This document shows, piece by piece, positions 15,923-25,451 of a DNA stretch of 44,273 nucleotides (position 1 is its first letter; every line of letters starts with the position of its first letter). Source of the stretch: a virus. Its lineage: Duplodnaviria; Caudoviricetes. The DNA is taken from the IMG/VR virus record IMGVR_UViG_3300033405_000935, positions 1 to 44,273 of that record; one strand, written 5' to 3'. Both the position numbers and the translations under genes were made by a program. Under the pieces are notes generated by a model. The model was not told the DNA's origin, did no database searches, and worked only from the letters and a program-made list of their open reading frames with translations.

Positions 15923-17768
15923 CTTTGCGGTGACGACAGTATTCGGCGTGAAGGACAACCTCACTTCCTTCTTCGCCGGCGCAGAGAAATCCGCAGGCCG
16001 GTTCGAGTCCGCCGTCGGCGCTGCGTTTAAGAACTCCAGCCACGAGGCCGGCCTATTCAGCAAGATCCTCGGCGGCGTGACGCTTGGCAACCTCGCGGCC
16101 AAGGGCGCCGAGAAAGGCCTCGAGTTTCTCAAGGACATTCCCGAGCAGCTCACCGCGATGGCCGAGAAGGGCGAGAACCTCGCTCGCACCTCGAAGATCA
16201 TCGGCGTCTCTACCGACGCGCTCCAGCGCTTCGACTATGCCGCGAAAATGTCCGACGTCTCCGTCGAGGGTATGCAGGGTGCCCTGCAGAAGATGAATAA
16301 GGGCCTCGGCGAGCTCCGCGTCCATCAAGGCCCTCTCGAGTCCGGCCTCAAGCGGATCAATCCCCAGCTCATGATGCAGCTGCGCACCGCTAAGGATAGC
16401 CAGTCGGCGTTCCTGATGGTAGCCGACGCCATGGCCAAGACCGAGAGCCCGCAGAAGCGTGCGGCAATCGCTACGGCGGTATTCGGCAAAGCTGGCCAGG
16501 ACATGATACCGCTCCTCCTCAAGGGCAAGGAAGGTGTCGCCCAGCTCATGGCCGAGACGGACAAATACGCGGGCATCATGGACGACGAGGCCATTGCGTC
16601 CTCGGAGAAATTCGCCGAGGCCATGAAGCACACCAACGGTGTCATGCAGTCCCTGAAGAACTCGGCTGTGACGCCGCTCCTCGAGGCCATCACGCCTTAC
16701 CTCGACGAGCTCGTCGAGTGGATCAACCAGAATAAAAATTTGCTTAAGCAGGACATCAAGGGCTTCGTGACCGGATTCATGCAGGGCGTGAAGGTCGCCG
16801 TGCCCATACTCCATGACGTCCTCTGGGTCGTGAAGACATTCGGCCCTGCGGTTCTCGCCTCTGTCGTCGCCTTCAACGCCCTCAAGTACGGGATGCTCGC
16901 GGTCGCAGCCGCGTCGAAGATTTTCGCCCTGGTCAATACGATCATGTTCGCCTTCCAGGCAGTCACTGGGGGGGCTTGCACTGCGCAGGAAGCCCTCAAT
17001 CTTGTTATGGATGCGAACCCGATCGCGCTCGTCTGCACGGCCATCGCCGTAGCCGTGGGCCTCTTTGCCCTCCTCTCCAAGAACATGGGCGGTGTCGGCA
17101 ATGCCGCTATGTTCCTCGGCCAGACGATCCTCAAGGCCCTTCTCCTCCCAGTAAATCTCGTCCTCGAGGGCGTCCGTGGCCTAATCTTTGTTATCGGTAA
17201 GCTCCCCGGCATGAACAAGGTCCTTGGCCCCGCCCTCGATGCCGTGACGGGCTTCCAGGACAAGATGAATAAGGCCCTCACCGGAAGCGCAGGCGCCCTC
17301 GACTTTAAGGGCACCTATGAGGCCAACCTTGCGCCGGACAAGCGCCGCTATCAGAAAGATGTCCCCGAGGCTGGGCAAGAAGCAATTAATGCCCACATTA
17401 GCCATAGCACTCCCACTAAAGTCATCAACGACAGTATGAGCCGCAGTGCTCCCCCAAAAGTCGTCAACAACTACATAAGCCATAACACTCCCTCTGAGGC
17501 TGTCAACGATAGCCTGAGCCGTAGCGCTCCGGCAAAAGTTATAATCACCGATTTTCTCGGACAGAAAAACTCGCCGCCTACCAAGCCCACCATGGCCACA
17601 TCCTCGACGGATACTCCTCGTCGTGCCCCGAACGAAGGCGCCATCGCCCTCCAGGCCCACATAGGTGGCCCGCAGGTCTATGTCGATAACAGCAAAGCGG
17701 AGGGCGTTGAGACGAAGGTCAGGACGGCCCAGCCCGTGCGCAACTACATGCTAGGGCATAATAAATGA
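15915..17768 (+). CDS. Tape measure protein
   Basis: AGGAGG + TTG; Ala-rich helical, AVFGKAG..MIPLL and ANPI motifs, hydrophobic stretches. Confidence 0.9.
   Translation: MPDFAVTTVFGVKDNLTSFFAGAEKSAGRFESAVGAAFKNSSHEAGLFSKILGGVTLGNLAAKGAEKGLEFLKDIPEQLTAMAEKGENLARTSKIIGVSTDALQRFDYAAKMSDVSVEGMQGALQKMNKGLGELRVHQGPLESGLKRINPQLMMQLRTAKDSQSAFLMVADAMAKTESPQKRAAIATAVFGKAGQDMIPLLLKGKEGVAQLMAETDKYAGIMDDEAIASSEKFAEAMKHTNGVMQSLKNSAVTPLLEAITPYLDELVEWINQNKNLLKQDIKGFVTGFMQGVKVAVPILHDVLWVVKTFGPAVLASVVAFNALKYGMLAVAAASKIFALVNTIMFAFQAVTGGACTAQEALNLVMDANPIALVCTAIAVAVGLFALLSKNMGGVGNAAMFLGQTILKALLLPVNLVLEGVRGLIFVIGKLPGMNKVLGPALDAVTGFQDKMNKALTGSAGALDFKGTYEANLAPDKRRYQKDVPEAGQEAINAHISHSTPTKVINDSMSRSAPPKVVNNYISHNTPSEAVNDSLSRSAPAKVIITDFLGQKNSPPTKPTMATSSTDTPRRAPNEGAIALQAHIGGPQVYVDNSKAEGVETKVRTAQPVRNYMLGHNK
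17385..17540 (+). repeat. Four degenerate 39-bp (13-aa) in-frame tandem repeats in the TMP C-terminus
   Basis: INAHISHSTPTKV / INDSMSRSAPPKV / VNNYISHNTPSEA / VNDSLSRSAPAKV. Confidence 0.85.
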
Positions 17769-19099
17769 GCACCTGGCAGGATCGCGTCCAGGATTTGTGC
17801 ACGCTCACCTCTCCATCAGGCTCGCCCTACTCTGCATATTGGCGAGGCGATCCTCTCGAGGTCGAGAAACGCCTGGGTAAGTTCGATTACCCAGGAGCCG
17901 ACGGCACCCGGGTCCAAGACCTCGCCACCGTGTCCGATGTCTACGGCCTCACTCTCTTTTTTGAGGGGGCGGACCACGATAAGACCGCCCGTGAGTTCCG
18001 AACCAAGCTCAAGGAGCGCGGGGTCTGGACGGTCATCCATCCCGTCGAGGGCTCGCACAAGCTCCAGCTTATCAAGGCAACGTTTCGCATTGATCCTACT
18101 GAGTCGGGGAATGTTACGCAGGTTGACTCGAACTGGATCGAACCCCTCGAGGATTCACAGACCACAACTGTTGGCGACGTGGCGGGGAAAGCCAGTGCGG
18201 CAGCCGAAGCCGCCAAGGATGCCGCGGCGTCAAGCCTCGCCACGGTAGCCACGAGCACGCCCTCGGAACTATCCGCAATAGTTTCGAGCGTTAAGTCTGG
18301 CGTCCAGGCAATACGAAACCAAGTGCAAGCCGTCAATGCTCAGTACGACGCGATCAAGGACCAAATTGACGCCACACTCGCGGCGGTGATCCTGGACCCG
18401 CTTTCTCTCGCCGGTGACATAATTGCCCTAGCCCAGGTCCCCGGACTCATTATTAGTGATGTCACGTCTAAGCTCGCGACCTATGAAAATATTGCCTCGC
18501 AGCTTACAACTCATGGGGATATCTCCTCACAGCTCACAACTCATGGGGATATCTCCTCACAGCTCACAACTTGCAGTAAAATAGCGGCCGGGCTTATCGA
18601 TAATCTCGACGGCCTCGATGACTCGCCAGAGTCCAAAAACGAGGCGCTTGTCACGCAGACTTTCGCAAGCGCCATCTTAATCGCCGCTACGAACGCAATC
18701 ACATCCACCGAGCCCGCGACTCGCGACTCCGCGCTCTCGACGATCTCCTCGATGATTTCGATGGCCACCGATCTGATTGGCGCCTTCGACTCCGTGCAGT
18801 CCGGTTTCTCGGGCTCGGTCGACACGCAATACTTTGTTCCCGTCGCGCTCGTCGAGTCCTGGCTTGATATGCTCGCCTATAGCCAGCGCTACCTTCTCGA
18901 TATCATTTTCGACCTCAAGGCCGAGACCAGCATCACCCTCGACCGTCCTCGCGCAACTTTTGAGCTCGCCATCACCGAGTACGGAGCCAATGCCGGGAAT
19001 GCCGACGATTACTATACGTTCCTTTGCACCTCAAACCACCTTCACGGCGCCGAGCTCCTCCGACTCCCCGCAGGCAAGGAGATAGTCATCTATGGCTAG
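17765..19099 (+). CDS. DNA circularization protein (Mu gpN-like)
   Basis: W+DR N-terminus, FDYP..DG..VQDL and IHPVEG; follows TMP. Confidence 0.85.
   Translation: MSTWQDRVQDLCTLTSPSGSPYSAYWRGDPLEVEKRLGKFDYPGADGTRVQDLATVSDVYGLTLFFEGADHDKTAREFRTKLKERGVWTVIHPVEGSHKLQLIKATFRIDPTESGNVTQVDSNWIEPLEDSQTTTVGDVAGKASAAAEAAKDAAASSLATVATSTPSELSAIVSSVKSGVQAIRNQVQAVNAQYDAIKDQIDATLAAVILDPLSLAGDIIALAQVPGLIISDVTSKLATYENIASQLTTHGDISSQLTTHGDISSQLTTCSKIAAGLIDNLDGLDDSPESKNEALVTQTFASAILIAATNAITSTEPATRDSALSTISSMISMATDLIGAFDSVQSGFSGSVDTQYFVPVALVESWLDMLAYSQRYLLDIIFDLKAETSITLDRPRATFELAITEYGANAGNADDYYTFLCTSNHLHGAELLRLPAGKEIVIYG
18481..18570 (+). repeat. 30-bp tandem repeat (two exact copies 18511-18570 plus one degenerate copy)
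   Basis: TCATGGGGATATCTCCTCACAGCTCACAAC twice; encodes (HGDISSQLTT)n. Confidence 0.92.
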
Positions 19100-20336
19100 C
19101 CTCCCGAAGCCCGGCTCGCAATACACGGTCCAGTATGGCGACACCCTCACCGCACTCGCGCAGCGCGCCTATGGACAGGCGAGCAAGTGGCAACTCATCT
19201 ACTCGGCGAACGTCCTGCGTTCTGGCAACCCCGACCGCATCTATCCCGGCGAGGTTTTCAATATCCCCACCGACCCCGACCAGGCCAAGGCCCAAGCGCA
19301 GTATGCGAGCCGCCAACTCCAGGGCAAAAAGCGCGAGGAAGCGACCTTTACGATCGCGGGCAAGGAAGTCCCCATCGTCACCATGCGCACGCTCGATGCT
19401 GTAGACAACCTCGTATCGTCGTGGATCATTGAGACCGACTGGATACCTGGCCACGATTCTGCTTTCGATCAAGCCACACTCCCCCGTAAATACCCGTCCT
19501 CGGAAATCTACATCGGCAGCGTACTCATCGGCACGGGCAAGCTCTATACACCAAAGAACAAATACACGGTCGACGGACGCTCAAAGGTCCTCGAATGCTT
19601 CAGCCTCACGGCTGACATAGAGGATTCGACGCTCTTCCCACCCTATGAGTTTTCGGGCAAGTTGTCAGCCATCGCGAAAAAAATATCATCAGGTCTCTCC
19701 ATCACAGCTCCGAGCGATGAGGGTCCAGCATTCGATCTCGTCGTGGCGACCAGAAGCGAGACCAAGGGCGATTTCTTAAAGCGCCTCGCGCAGCAGCGTG
19801 GCCTCCTCGCGACGACCGACGAGCAGGGCAATCTCGTCTTTATGCGCGCCGTCAAGTCCGCCCCCGTGGGCACGATCGCCGAGGACGAGACCATGGTCAC
19901 GGAGTGGGAGGGCGCCTTCGACGGCCGCAAGTTTTTCAACCTCTACCGCGCCGTGGGTCAGTCCGGTGACCCCGACGAAATCAAATCTACGGCGCAGGAC
20001 CCGGTAGTCCCCGGCACCCGGCAGATGACCTTCTCTGCCGGCGACGTCGATGCCGGACAAATTCCGATCACGGCGAAATGGAAGCGCAATCACACATACT
20101 CGGAGTCGCTGAGTTTTCCGTTCCCCGTCCGCGATTGGTACGACCCCCAGGGCACCCTCTGGCGCAAGGGCACTATGGTCACGGTCAAGTCCACGACCAT
20201 GGGCACGCCGAACGGATATACTTTTTATATCAAGCAAGTCGAGTACGTTCTCGACGGACAGGGCCGGCGCACAACGCTATCCCTCGTTCCCATTGAGGCC
20301 CTCACTGGCGACGACCTCAAGGACCCTTGGTCATGA
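19092..20336 (+). CDS. LysM-domain fused baseplate hub protein (Mu gp44/gpP-like)
   Basis: YTVQYGDTL..LA..AYG...W..IY.AN...NPDRIYPGEVFNIP, then ET..DFLKRLAQQRGLL.TTDEQGNLV. Confidence 0.85.
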   Translation: MASLPKPGSQYTVQYGDTLTALAQRAYGQASKWQLIYSANVLRSGNPDRIYPGEVFNIPTDPDQAKAQAQYASRQLQGKKREEATFTIAGKEVPIVTMRTLDAVDNLVSSWIIETDWIPGHDSAFDQATLPRKYPSSEIYIGSVLIGTGKLYTPKNKYTVDGRSKVLECFSLTADIEDSTLFPPYEFSGKLSAIAKKISSGLSITAPSDEGPAFDLVVATRSETKGDFLKRLAQQRGLLATTDEQGNLVFMRAVKSAPVGTIAEDETMVTEWEGAFDGRKFFNLYRAVGQSGDPDEIKSTAQDPVVPGTRQMTFSAGDVDAGQIPITAKWKRNHTYSESLSFPFPVRDWYDPQGTLWRKGTMVTVKSTTMGTPNGYTFYIKQVEYVLDGQGRRTTLSLVPIEALTGDDLKDPWS

Positions 20337-20878
20337 GGGGCATCGCGAAGCTCACTAAGGACTCGGCGCTCGGGACCGTCAAGAACGGCTCCACGAAAGC
20401 GCTGATGCTTCAGGTCCAGTACGGCGACCCCGATGACGTCCAGACGTCTCAGCTATTTCCGCAGTCCGGCGAGGACACCGCCCCGCTCAAGGGCGCACGT
20501 GCGGTAACACTCGACCTCGACGGACTCCTCGTCACCATCGGCGTCTGGGACGGCGTCGAGAGCGCAGTGAGCCCCGGCGAAAAGAAATTATACGCCCTGG
20601 CCGCTGGAGACCCTCCGACGCCGCTGGGCTCGGTGTACCTCAAAAAAGACGGCTCTATCGTTGTTACCTCGAGCGATGGCTCAGGCAACGCCAAGGCGAC
20701 GGTAACGATGGCGGCAGACGGTTCGGTGACGATCAACTCGCAGAAGATCACGCTGACCGGGGGTGAACTCGACGTCAACGGCACGGTGACGCCCGGCTCC
20801 TCTGGGCCATTCTGTGGGCTTCCGAATTGTATTTTCTCCGGTGCGCCACACCTTGGCTCGAAAGTGGAGGGTACTTGA
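20333..20878 (+). CDS. Baseplate spike protein (Mu gp45/gpV-like)
   Basis: PGEKKLYA and VYLKKDGSIV beta-helix repeats; C-terminal CxxxxCxxxxxxH. Confidence 0.8.
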   Translation: MRGIAKLTKDSALGTVKNGSTKALMLQVQYGDPDDVQTSQLFPQSGEDTAPLKGARAVTLDLDGLLVTIGVWDGVESAVSPGEKKLYALAAGDPPTPLGSVYLKKDGSIVVTSSDGSGNAKATVTMAADGSVTINSQKITLTGGELDVNGTVTPGSSGPFCGLPNCIFSGAPHLGSKVEGT

Positions 20879-20879
20879 T

Positions 20880-21110
20880 ATGGCAATGAATGGCGCGGCA
20901 ATGGGTGACGCCATCAAGGCGGCAATCGACGGACTCTCGGGCTCCACGAACAGGGCACAGATTTTCGAAGCCATGGGCAATGCCATCGTCAACTACATCA
21001 AGGCTAATGCCGTCGTCTCAGTGGCGGCAGGCATTGCCGTGTCTACGGCGGGCACGGCAGCCGCGCAGACTGGCGCCACGACGGCAACGGGCACAGGTAC
21101 GATTTCGTGA
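20880..21110 (+). CDS. Small baseplate protein (possible spike tip)
   Basis: GGAGG RBS; 76 aa directly after the spike gene. Confidence 0.6.
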   Translation: MAMNGAAMGDAIKAAIDGLSGSTNRAQIFEAMGNAIVNYIKANAVVSVAAGIAVSTAGTAAAQTGATTATGTGTIS

Positions 21111-21526
21111 GCGATAAATACCAAGGCGACCCTCTGATCACGCTCGGCCCTAATGGCGCGTCGATCACCTATAAAAACGGCCAGCCCGTCATGGACCAGG
21201 GGCTGCAAAACCTCCCGACGCTCGCCCTATTCACCGATTCTGCCTGGTGCGGGAATATCTTCCTCGACACCGACGAGCAGCTCGGCGGCGACTTCGAGGC
21301 GACCTGTCGAAAGGGCGCGCTCACCCTATCCAAGCTCGCCCTCATCGAGGATTCCGGCGTGCGTGCGCTCCATTCCAAGAGCCTCGCCGGCGTGACGGTT
21401 GAGGCCACGAATCCGCAGAGCGACCGCATCGCCGTTGCCATCAAGACCAAGGAGCCCGTGGGCACGCTGGCATATTCGCGGGACGGCCTCCTCTGGGCCG
21501 GCCAGGCCGCGAAGGGAGTAAGCTGA
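21107..21526 (+). CDS. Baseplate protein (Mu gp46-like)
   Basis: D.GL.....LALFTD..W.GN motif. Confidence 0.75.
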   Translation: MSDKYQGDPLITLGPNGASITYKNGQPVMDQGLQNLPTLALFTDSAWCGNIFLDTDEQLGGDFEATCRKGALTLSKLALIEDSGVRALHSKSLAGVTVEATNPQSDRIAVAIKTKEPVGTLAYSRDGLLWAGQAAKGVS

Positions 21527-21527
21527 A

Positions 21528-22715
21528 ATGTATTCCATACCCGCAGCCTCGACCCTTGTAGCCCGTAATAAGGCCAGCATCGAGTCCACGATCAACCAGA
21601 CGACCCCCGTCGCCGATGAGGCATTCAACACGGTAATCGCGACGACCCAGGGCATGACGCACCGAGGGCTGTACGCCTTCGCCGCGGATGCGATCCAGGA
21701 TTGTTTCGCACTCGATGCCGCTAGCGATGCTCTCGATCGCATCGGCATCGAGTGCGGGTGCCCCCGCAAGCCTGCGACGGCCTGGCAGGGGACCGTAAGC
21801 CTCGCCGCTGTAGACGGTACGGACATTTCTCTCGCAACGGAGTTCGTCGCAGTCTCAGGTCTCCAGTATCAAACCCAGGCTGACGTTGTCGCGCCATCCG
21901 GAGCCTCGGGCTCCGGAGTCGTGCTCACGCTCCTTTGCCTCACGTCAGGGGCGGGAAGCAACCTCCTTGTCGGCGACACACTCACCATCATGCAACCCAT
22001 CGCCGGGGCCGGAGTAACTGCAACCGTGACGGCGATCTCGACGGTCGGCATTGACGACGAGACCGACGACGACTACCGCATCCGCGTCCTCGACGCCGAG
22101 CGCGCCCAGACGGGCGGAGGCGGTCCCGCTGATTATCGCGTCTGGGGCGAGGCTGTCGCCGGAGTCCGGCGCGTGTACCCGTTCACCGGGCCATCGTGGG
22201 ACTCTGGCATCGGCACGCCCACCCCTGGCCAACGCACCGTCTACGTCGAGGCCACGACCTCGTACAACGCCGACGGCCTCGCCGACGCTGCGCTCCTCGC
22301 TCTCGTCCGTGCCGCCGAGCTCGCCGACCCCGATACGGGCGATCCTCGCGTCAGCCTCGGTTTCACTACCGACAACCTCTGGGTCGAGTCGATCTACCGC
22401 ACGCCGATCTACGTGCAGATCACCGGCCTCGCGGTTAAGACGGGCACCCTCGCAGCCGCGCAAACAGCCGTCAACGCCGCGCTCGACCCATTCCTCCGCA
22501 CTTTCTCATCCTTCATCCAAGGCGTCGATCCGGACTTCGAGCGCCTCGACAGCCTCACGCAGTCCCTTCTCTCGCGCGAGATCCAGTCTGTGCTCGACGC
22601 CTATGGCGGCACAGTCCAGAACACTCAGTTTTATATATCAGCAGGTACGTTTCTCGGCGTCTATCAAATCAGCAACGCAGAAACGCTAAAGCTCGGGGGA
22701 ATCGTATGGGCGTGA
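21528..22715 (+). CDS. Baseplate J-like wedge protein (Mu gp47-like)
   Basis: GIDDETDDDYRIRV, GG..ADYRVW...VAGVRR. Confidence 0.92.
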   Translation: MYSIPAASTLVARNKASIESTINQTTPVADEAFNTVIATTQGMTHRGLYAFAADAIQDCFALDAASDALDRIGIECGCPRKPATAWQGTVSLAAVDGTDISLATEFVAVSGLQYQTQADVVAPSGASGSGVVLTLLCLTSGAGSNLLVGDTLTIMQPIAGAGVTATVTAISTVGIDDETDDDYRIRVLDAERAQTGGGGPADYRVWGEAVAGVRRVYPFTGPSWDSGIGTPTPGQRTVYVEATTSYNADGLADAALLALVRAAELADPDTGDPRVSLGFTTDNLWVESIYRTPIYVQITGLAVKTGTLAAAQTAVNAALDPFLRTFSSFIQGVDPDFERLDSLTQSLLSREIQSVLDAYGGTVQNTQFYISAGTFLGVYQISNAETLKLGGIVWA

Positions 22716-22731
22716 TCCGCGAGGTGAGGCC

Positions 22732-23583
22732 GTGAGCGGTATCGGCCCCGGCTTCATGCGCCAAGTCTGGGACGGGCTCCTCCCTGAGGGCTCGGCCTGG
22801 AATATCGCGCGCGGCAGCGACTCGGACAATCTCTTTGCGGGGATCGCCGGGAACGACGATACCGTCCTCGCCGACCTCGATCTCCTACGCTATGTTCGCG
22901 ATCCACTGCGATGCCCCCTCGCGCTCCTCCCCGACCTCGAGCGCGAGTATGGAATCACAACCTCGACCGCCCTCACCGAGGCCGACCGCCGCGCTGTGGT
23001 CGCTGCCATCAAGTACAAGAAGGGCAAGCTCGCAAGCGCGGCGCGGCTGCAGAAGGCGCTCGACCTCGCGGGCTTCGGCTCCGGCGGCTATGGCCTCATA
23101 GTCACTCCGAACGGGTCACCCGCCAGTGACCCCGCCGCGATCGTCACCACCTCCTACCAGCTCACCGCGCACGCCATGGGCGACGGATCGGGCTCATGTG
23201 CAGGCAACGCAGGGGCCTATGCGGCGCAGAGGGCCGGATACTTCCTCGTTAACGGCGATATCTACGTCCTGGCTCCGAACTATCCTGGCGCGGGCAATAT
23301 CTGCGCCAGGGCCTTTGACGGATCGGACTCTAATTCGGGAGTGCAGTGCGCAGGGTTTTATACGACCTACTCGCAGTACGCGAATCAATACACGGTGCCC
23401 GTGGCCGCGTATTGGCCGCTCATTTTCTTTGTCGGCGGCTATGTCACCCGCAACGGTGACGGCTCTATTGCGTCGGTCGCCCGCGTCACGATCCCAGCCC
23501 GACGGCGCCAGGATCTCCACCGCATCATCCTGCAGAATAAGCCGCTCGGGATCTGGGCTGGCATGTGCGTGCAATACTCGTAA
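22732..23583 (+). CDS. Baseplate wedge protein (Mu gp48/YmfQ-like)
   Basis: LLPEGSAW, DP......LLPDLEREYG, C-terminal KP motif. Confidence 0.8.
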   Translation: MSGIGPGFMRQVWDGLLPEGSAWNIARGSDSDNLFAGIAGNDDTVLADLDLLRYVRDPLRCPLALLPDLEREYGITTSTALTEADRRAVVAAIKYKKGKLASAARLQKALDLAGFGSGGYGLIVTPNGSPASDPAAIVTTSYQLTAHAMGDGSGSCAGNAGAYAAQRAGYFLVNGDIYVLAPNYPGAGNICARAFDGSDSNSGVQCAGFYTTYSQYANQYTVPVAAYWPLIFFVGGYVTRNGDGSIASVARVTIPARRRQDLHRIILQNKPLGIWAGMCVQYS

Positions 23584-23598
23584 TCTAGGAGGCAAACC

Positions 23599-24387
23599 TT
23601 GAAAGACTTTAAGACTAATTACGGATCGCTCGTTACGAACTCGTGGCCGCAGACGGTCGCCAAGAACGCCTCGGGCTCTTCCGCAGTCGACGGCACGCCC
23701 TTCTGCGCGGACCTTATCAATGATCTCTGGGGCTGGCAGAAACGCATCATGTACCTCGCTGGCATAACGCCCTCAGGGATCGCCGACGACTACTCAGGAA
23801 GCGACGTCGTCACGGCTCTCCGCAACGCAGGCCTTAAGCCAGGGCTGTGCATCCTCTCGTTCCTCAACGCAACCGAGCTTGCAAACGCTCGTCTCATGGC
23901 GCTCTCAGGCCAGATCGTCACGATCGCGAGCTATCCGGATCTCTGCGCGGCCGTCTATGTGGGCGATGCGAGCAATCCAACCGCTCCTGCCTTCTACAAG
24001 ACATCGGATGCCGGAGGCACTACACGTTCGACGACCGGCGCCTACATGGTCATGCCCGATTGCCGAGGGCTCGTGCCCAGGGGATTGGGAACCAACACAA
24101 AGAGTTTCATGGCCGCTGGTTCTGGCTATTACGGCGGAGCCTTCCCCGGCAGTGTTCTGCTTGATGCGATGCAGGGGCATTACCACATGGGTTATACCTA
24201 TAGCGGAGGTAGTGCTGGTGCTGATTATCGTCTAACAACATCATCTGTAGCCCAAAATACAGCCGCGGCCACCGATTGCCTTGGGGCGGCACTAACTATC
24301 TTAACCGACGGCATTCATGGTCAACCCCGTGGTGACTATGAAACCCGCGGCGCCTCGTTCGCCGCTCAAGTCTGCATCGCTTACTAG
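23599..24387 (+). CDS. Tail fibre protein with collar domain
   Basis: GQ....ASYPDL, MPDCRGLVPRG, GS...DAMQGHYH and ETR motifs. Confidence 0.85.
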   Translation: MKDFKTNYGSLVTNSWPQTVAKNASGSSAVDGTPFCADLINDLWGWQKRIMYLAGITPSGIADDYSGSDVVTALRNAGLKPGLCILSFLNATELANARLMALSGQIVTIASYPDLCAAVYVGDASNPTAPAFYKTSDAGGTTRSTTGAYMVMPDCRGLVPRGLGTNTKSFMAAGSGYYGGAFPGSVLLDAMQGHYHMGYTYSGGSAGADYRLTTSSVAQNTAAATDCLGAALTILTDGIHGQPRGDYETRGASFAAQVCIAY

Positions 24388-24395
24388 GAGGAATC

Positions 24396-25235
24396 ATGTC
24401 CCAGAAAACAGTCATACATTCTACGGTCGACGGCTACGAGGTCGTCAAAGGCTTCTCCGAGGCCACCATCGATGCCATCGCCACCTGGGCGGCTATCCAA
24501 GCTCAGGTCCTCGCGCTTGATGAGCTCGCCCAGGTGAACTCCGTCAAGGCAAAGATCGTCGCCCAGGCCACCGCCGCTCAGAATGCCCTCGCGCTCGCGA
24601 CCGCCGCACAGACGGCCGGAAACACGGCCAGCTACAACACGTACTACGCGCAGTACACTGCCGCGGTCGCCGCAATCGCCACGCTCGAGGACGAGCTCGT
24701 TCCCCTCGAAGCCGCCTTCGTGACAGCCAAGAACGAGCTCTTCGAGGCGAACGCGGTGTACTTCACGCCCGGCCCCGGCGAGGACGCCATCACGGACGCA
24801 AGCTACACGACCCTCAAGGCCGCCTTCGACGCCCTCACCGCGAACCAGCAGCTGCTCCTCTCAGGCTCGACCGTTGTCGACTACCGCGGAACGACCTACT
24901 GGACCCTGACGAACAGCGTCTGGGCTTCCACGACCATCTCCGCGCTTGGCGTCTCCGTTCCCGACGGCTCGGCCATCGCCTCTGCGCTCACCGACGCGCA
25001 GAAGGCCGCGATCGCCACGCAGGTCGAGACCGCCCGGGTCGCCGCCCTCACGGACGCCCAGAAGCTCGCCGAGGCACAGAGCGCGCAGGCTGCAGCGAAG
25101 ACGTCCGCCGCGGCGACGTATAACGAGGAGCTCATCTCGGGGACCGCGGCGGCGACTGCGCTCTCGGACACGCAAGCCCAGTATAAGACGGCTCTCGCCG
25201 CGATCAACACGAAGTACGGGACGAGCTTGAGTTAA
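24396..25235 (+). CDS. Tail fibre assembly-like protein with long helical extensions
   Basis: VDYRGTTYW...TISALG..P resembles the Tfa motif; follows the fibre gene; AGGAGG RBS. Confidence 0.55.
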   Translation: MSQKTVIHSTVDGYEVVKGFSEATIDAIATWAAIQAQVLALDELAQVNSVKAKIVAQATAAQNALALATAAQTAGNTASYNTYYAQYTAAVAAIATLEDELVPLEAAFVTAKNELFEANAVYFTPGPGEDAITDASYTTLKAAFDALTANQQLLLSGSTVVDYRGTTYWTLTNSVWASTTISALGVSVPDGSAIASALTDAQKAAIATQVETARVAALTDAQKLAEAQSAQAAAKTSAAATYNEELISGTAAATALSDTQAQYKTALAAINTKYGTSLS

Positions 25236-25272
25236 AAAAGAGGGGGCCCCTGGACAGGCCGCCTTGCCTCCC

Positions 25273-25299
25273 GCCCCGGTTGTGAGCCGGGGCTTTTTT
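25273..25299 (+). terminator. Rho-independent terminator ending the late operon
   Basis: GCCCCGG-TTGTGAG-CCGGGGC followed by T6. Confidence 0.85.
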
Positions 25300-25415
25300 A
25301 TTTCACGACGGTAAAGGTAACGACCAGGAATCCAAGCAGGAGCCACCGCCGCCACGCGCTACTTCCCGAGGCATCTTCCAAGCCAAAGGGCCTGTTGGAT
25401 GTATTGCTGGGATCG

Positions 25416-25451
25416 TTGACGTTTGCTGCAGTGCGCGAGACCCTCGGGTAT
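25416..25451 (+). promoter_or_regulatory. Putative late promoter, copy 3 (TTGACG-17 nt-GACCCT)
   Basis: 12-bp core TTGACGTTTGCT starts 36 nt before ATG 25452; no clear SD. Confidence 0.6.

Noticed and set aside
17385-18570. Tandem repeats as a possible CRISPR array
   Set aside because: In-frame coding repeats with no unique spacers and no cas genes
15282-23597. Shared TCTAGGAGGCAAAC before the chaperone and tail-fibre genes
   Set aside because: Mostly explained by the SD sequence; only two copies and no further support for a regulatory role
23599-25235. Diversity-generating retroelement or invertible tail-fibre cassette
   Set aside because: No reverse transcriptase, template/variable repeat pair, invertase or inverted crossover sites found
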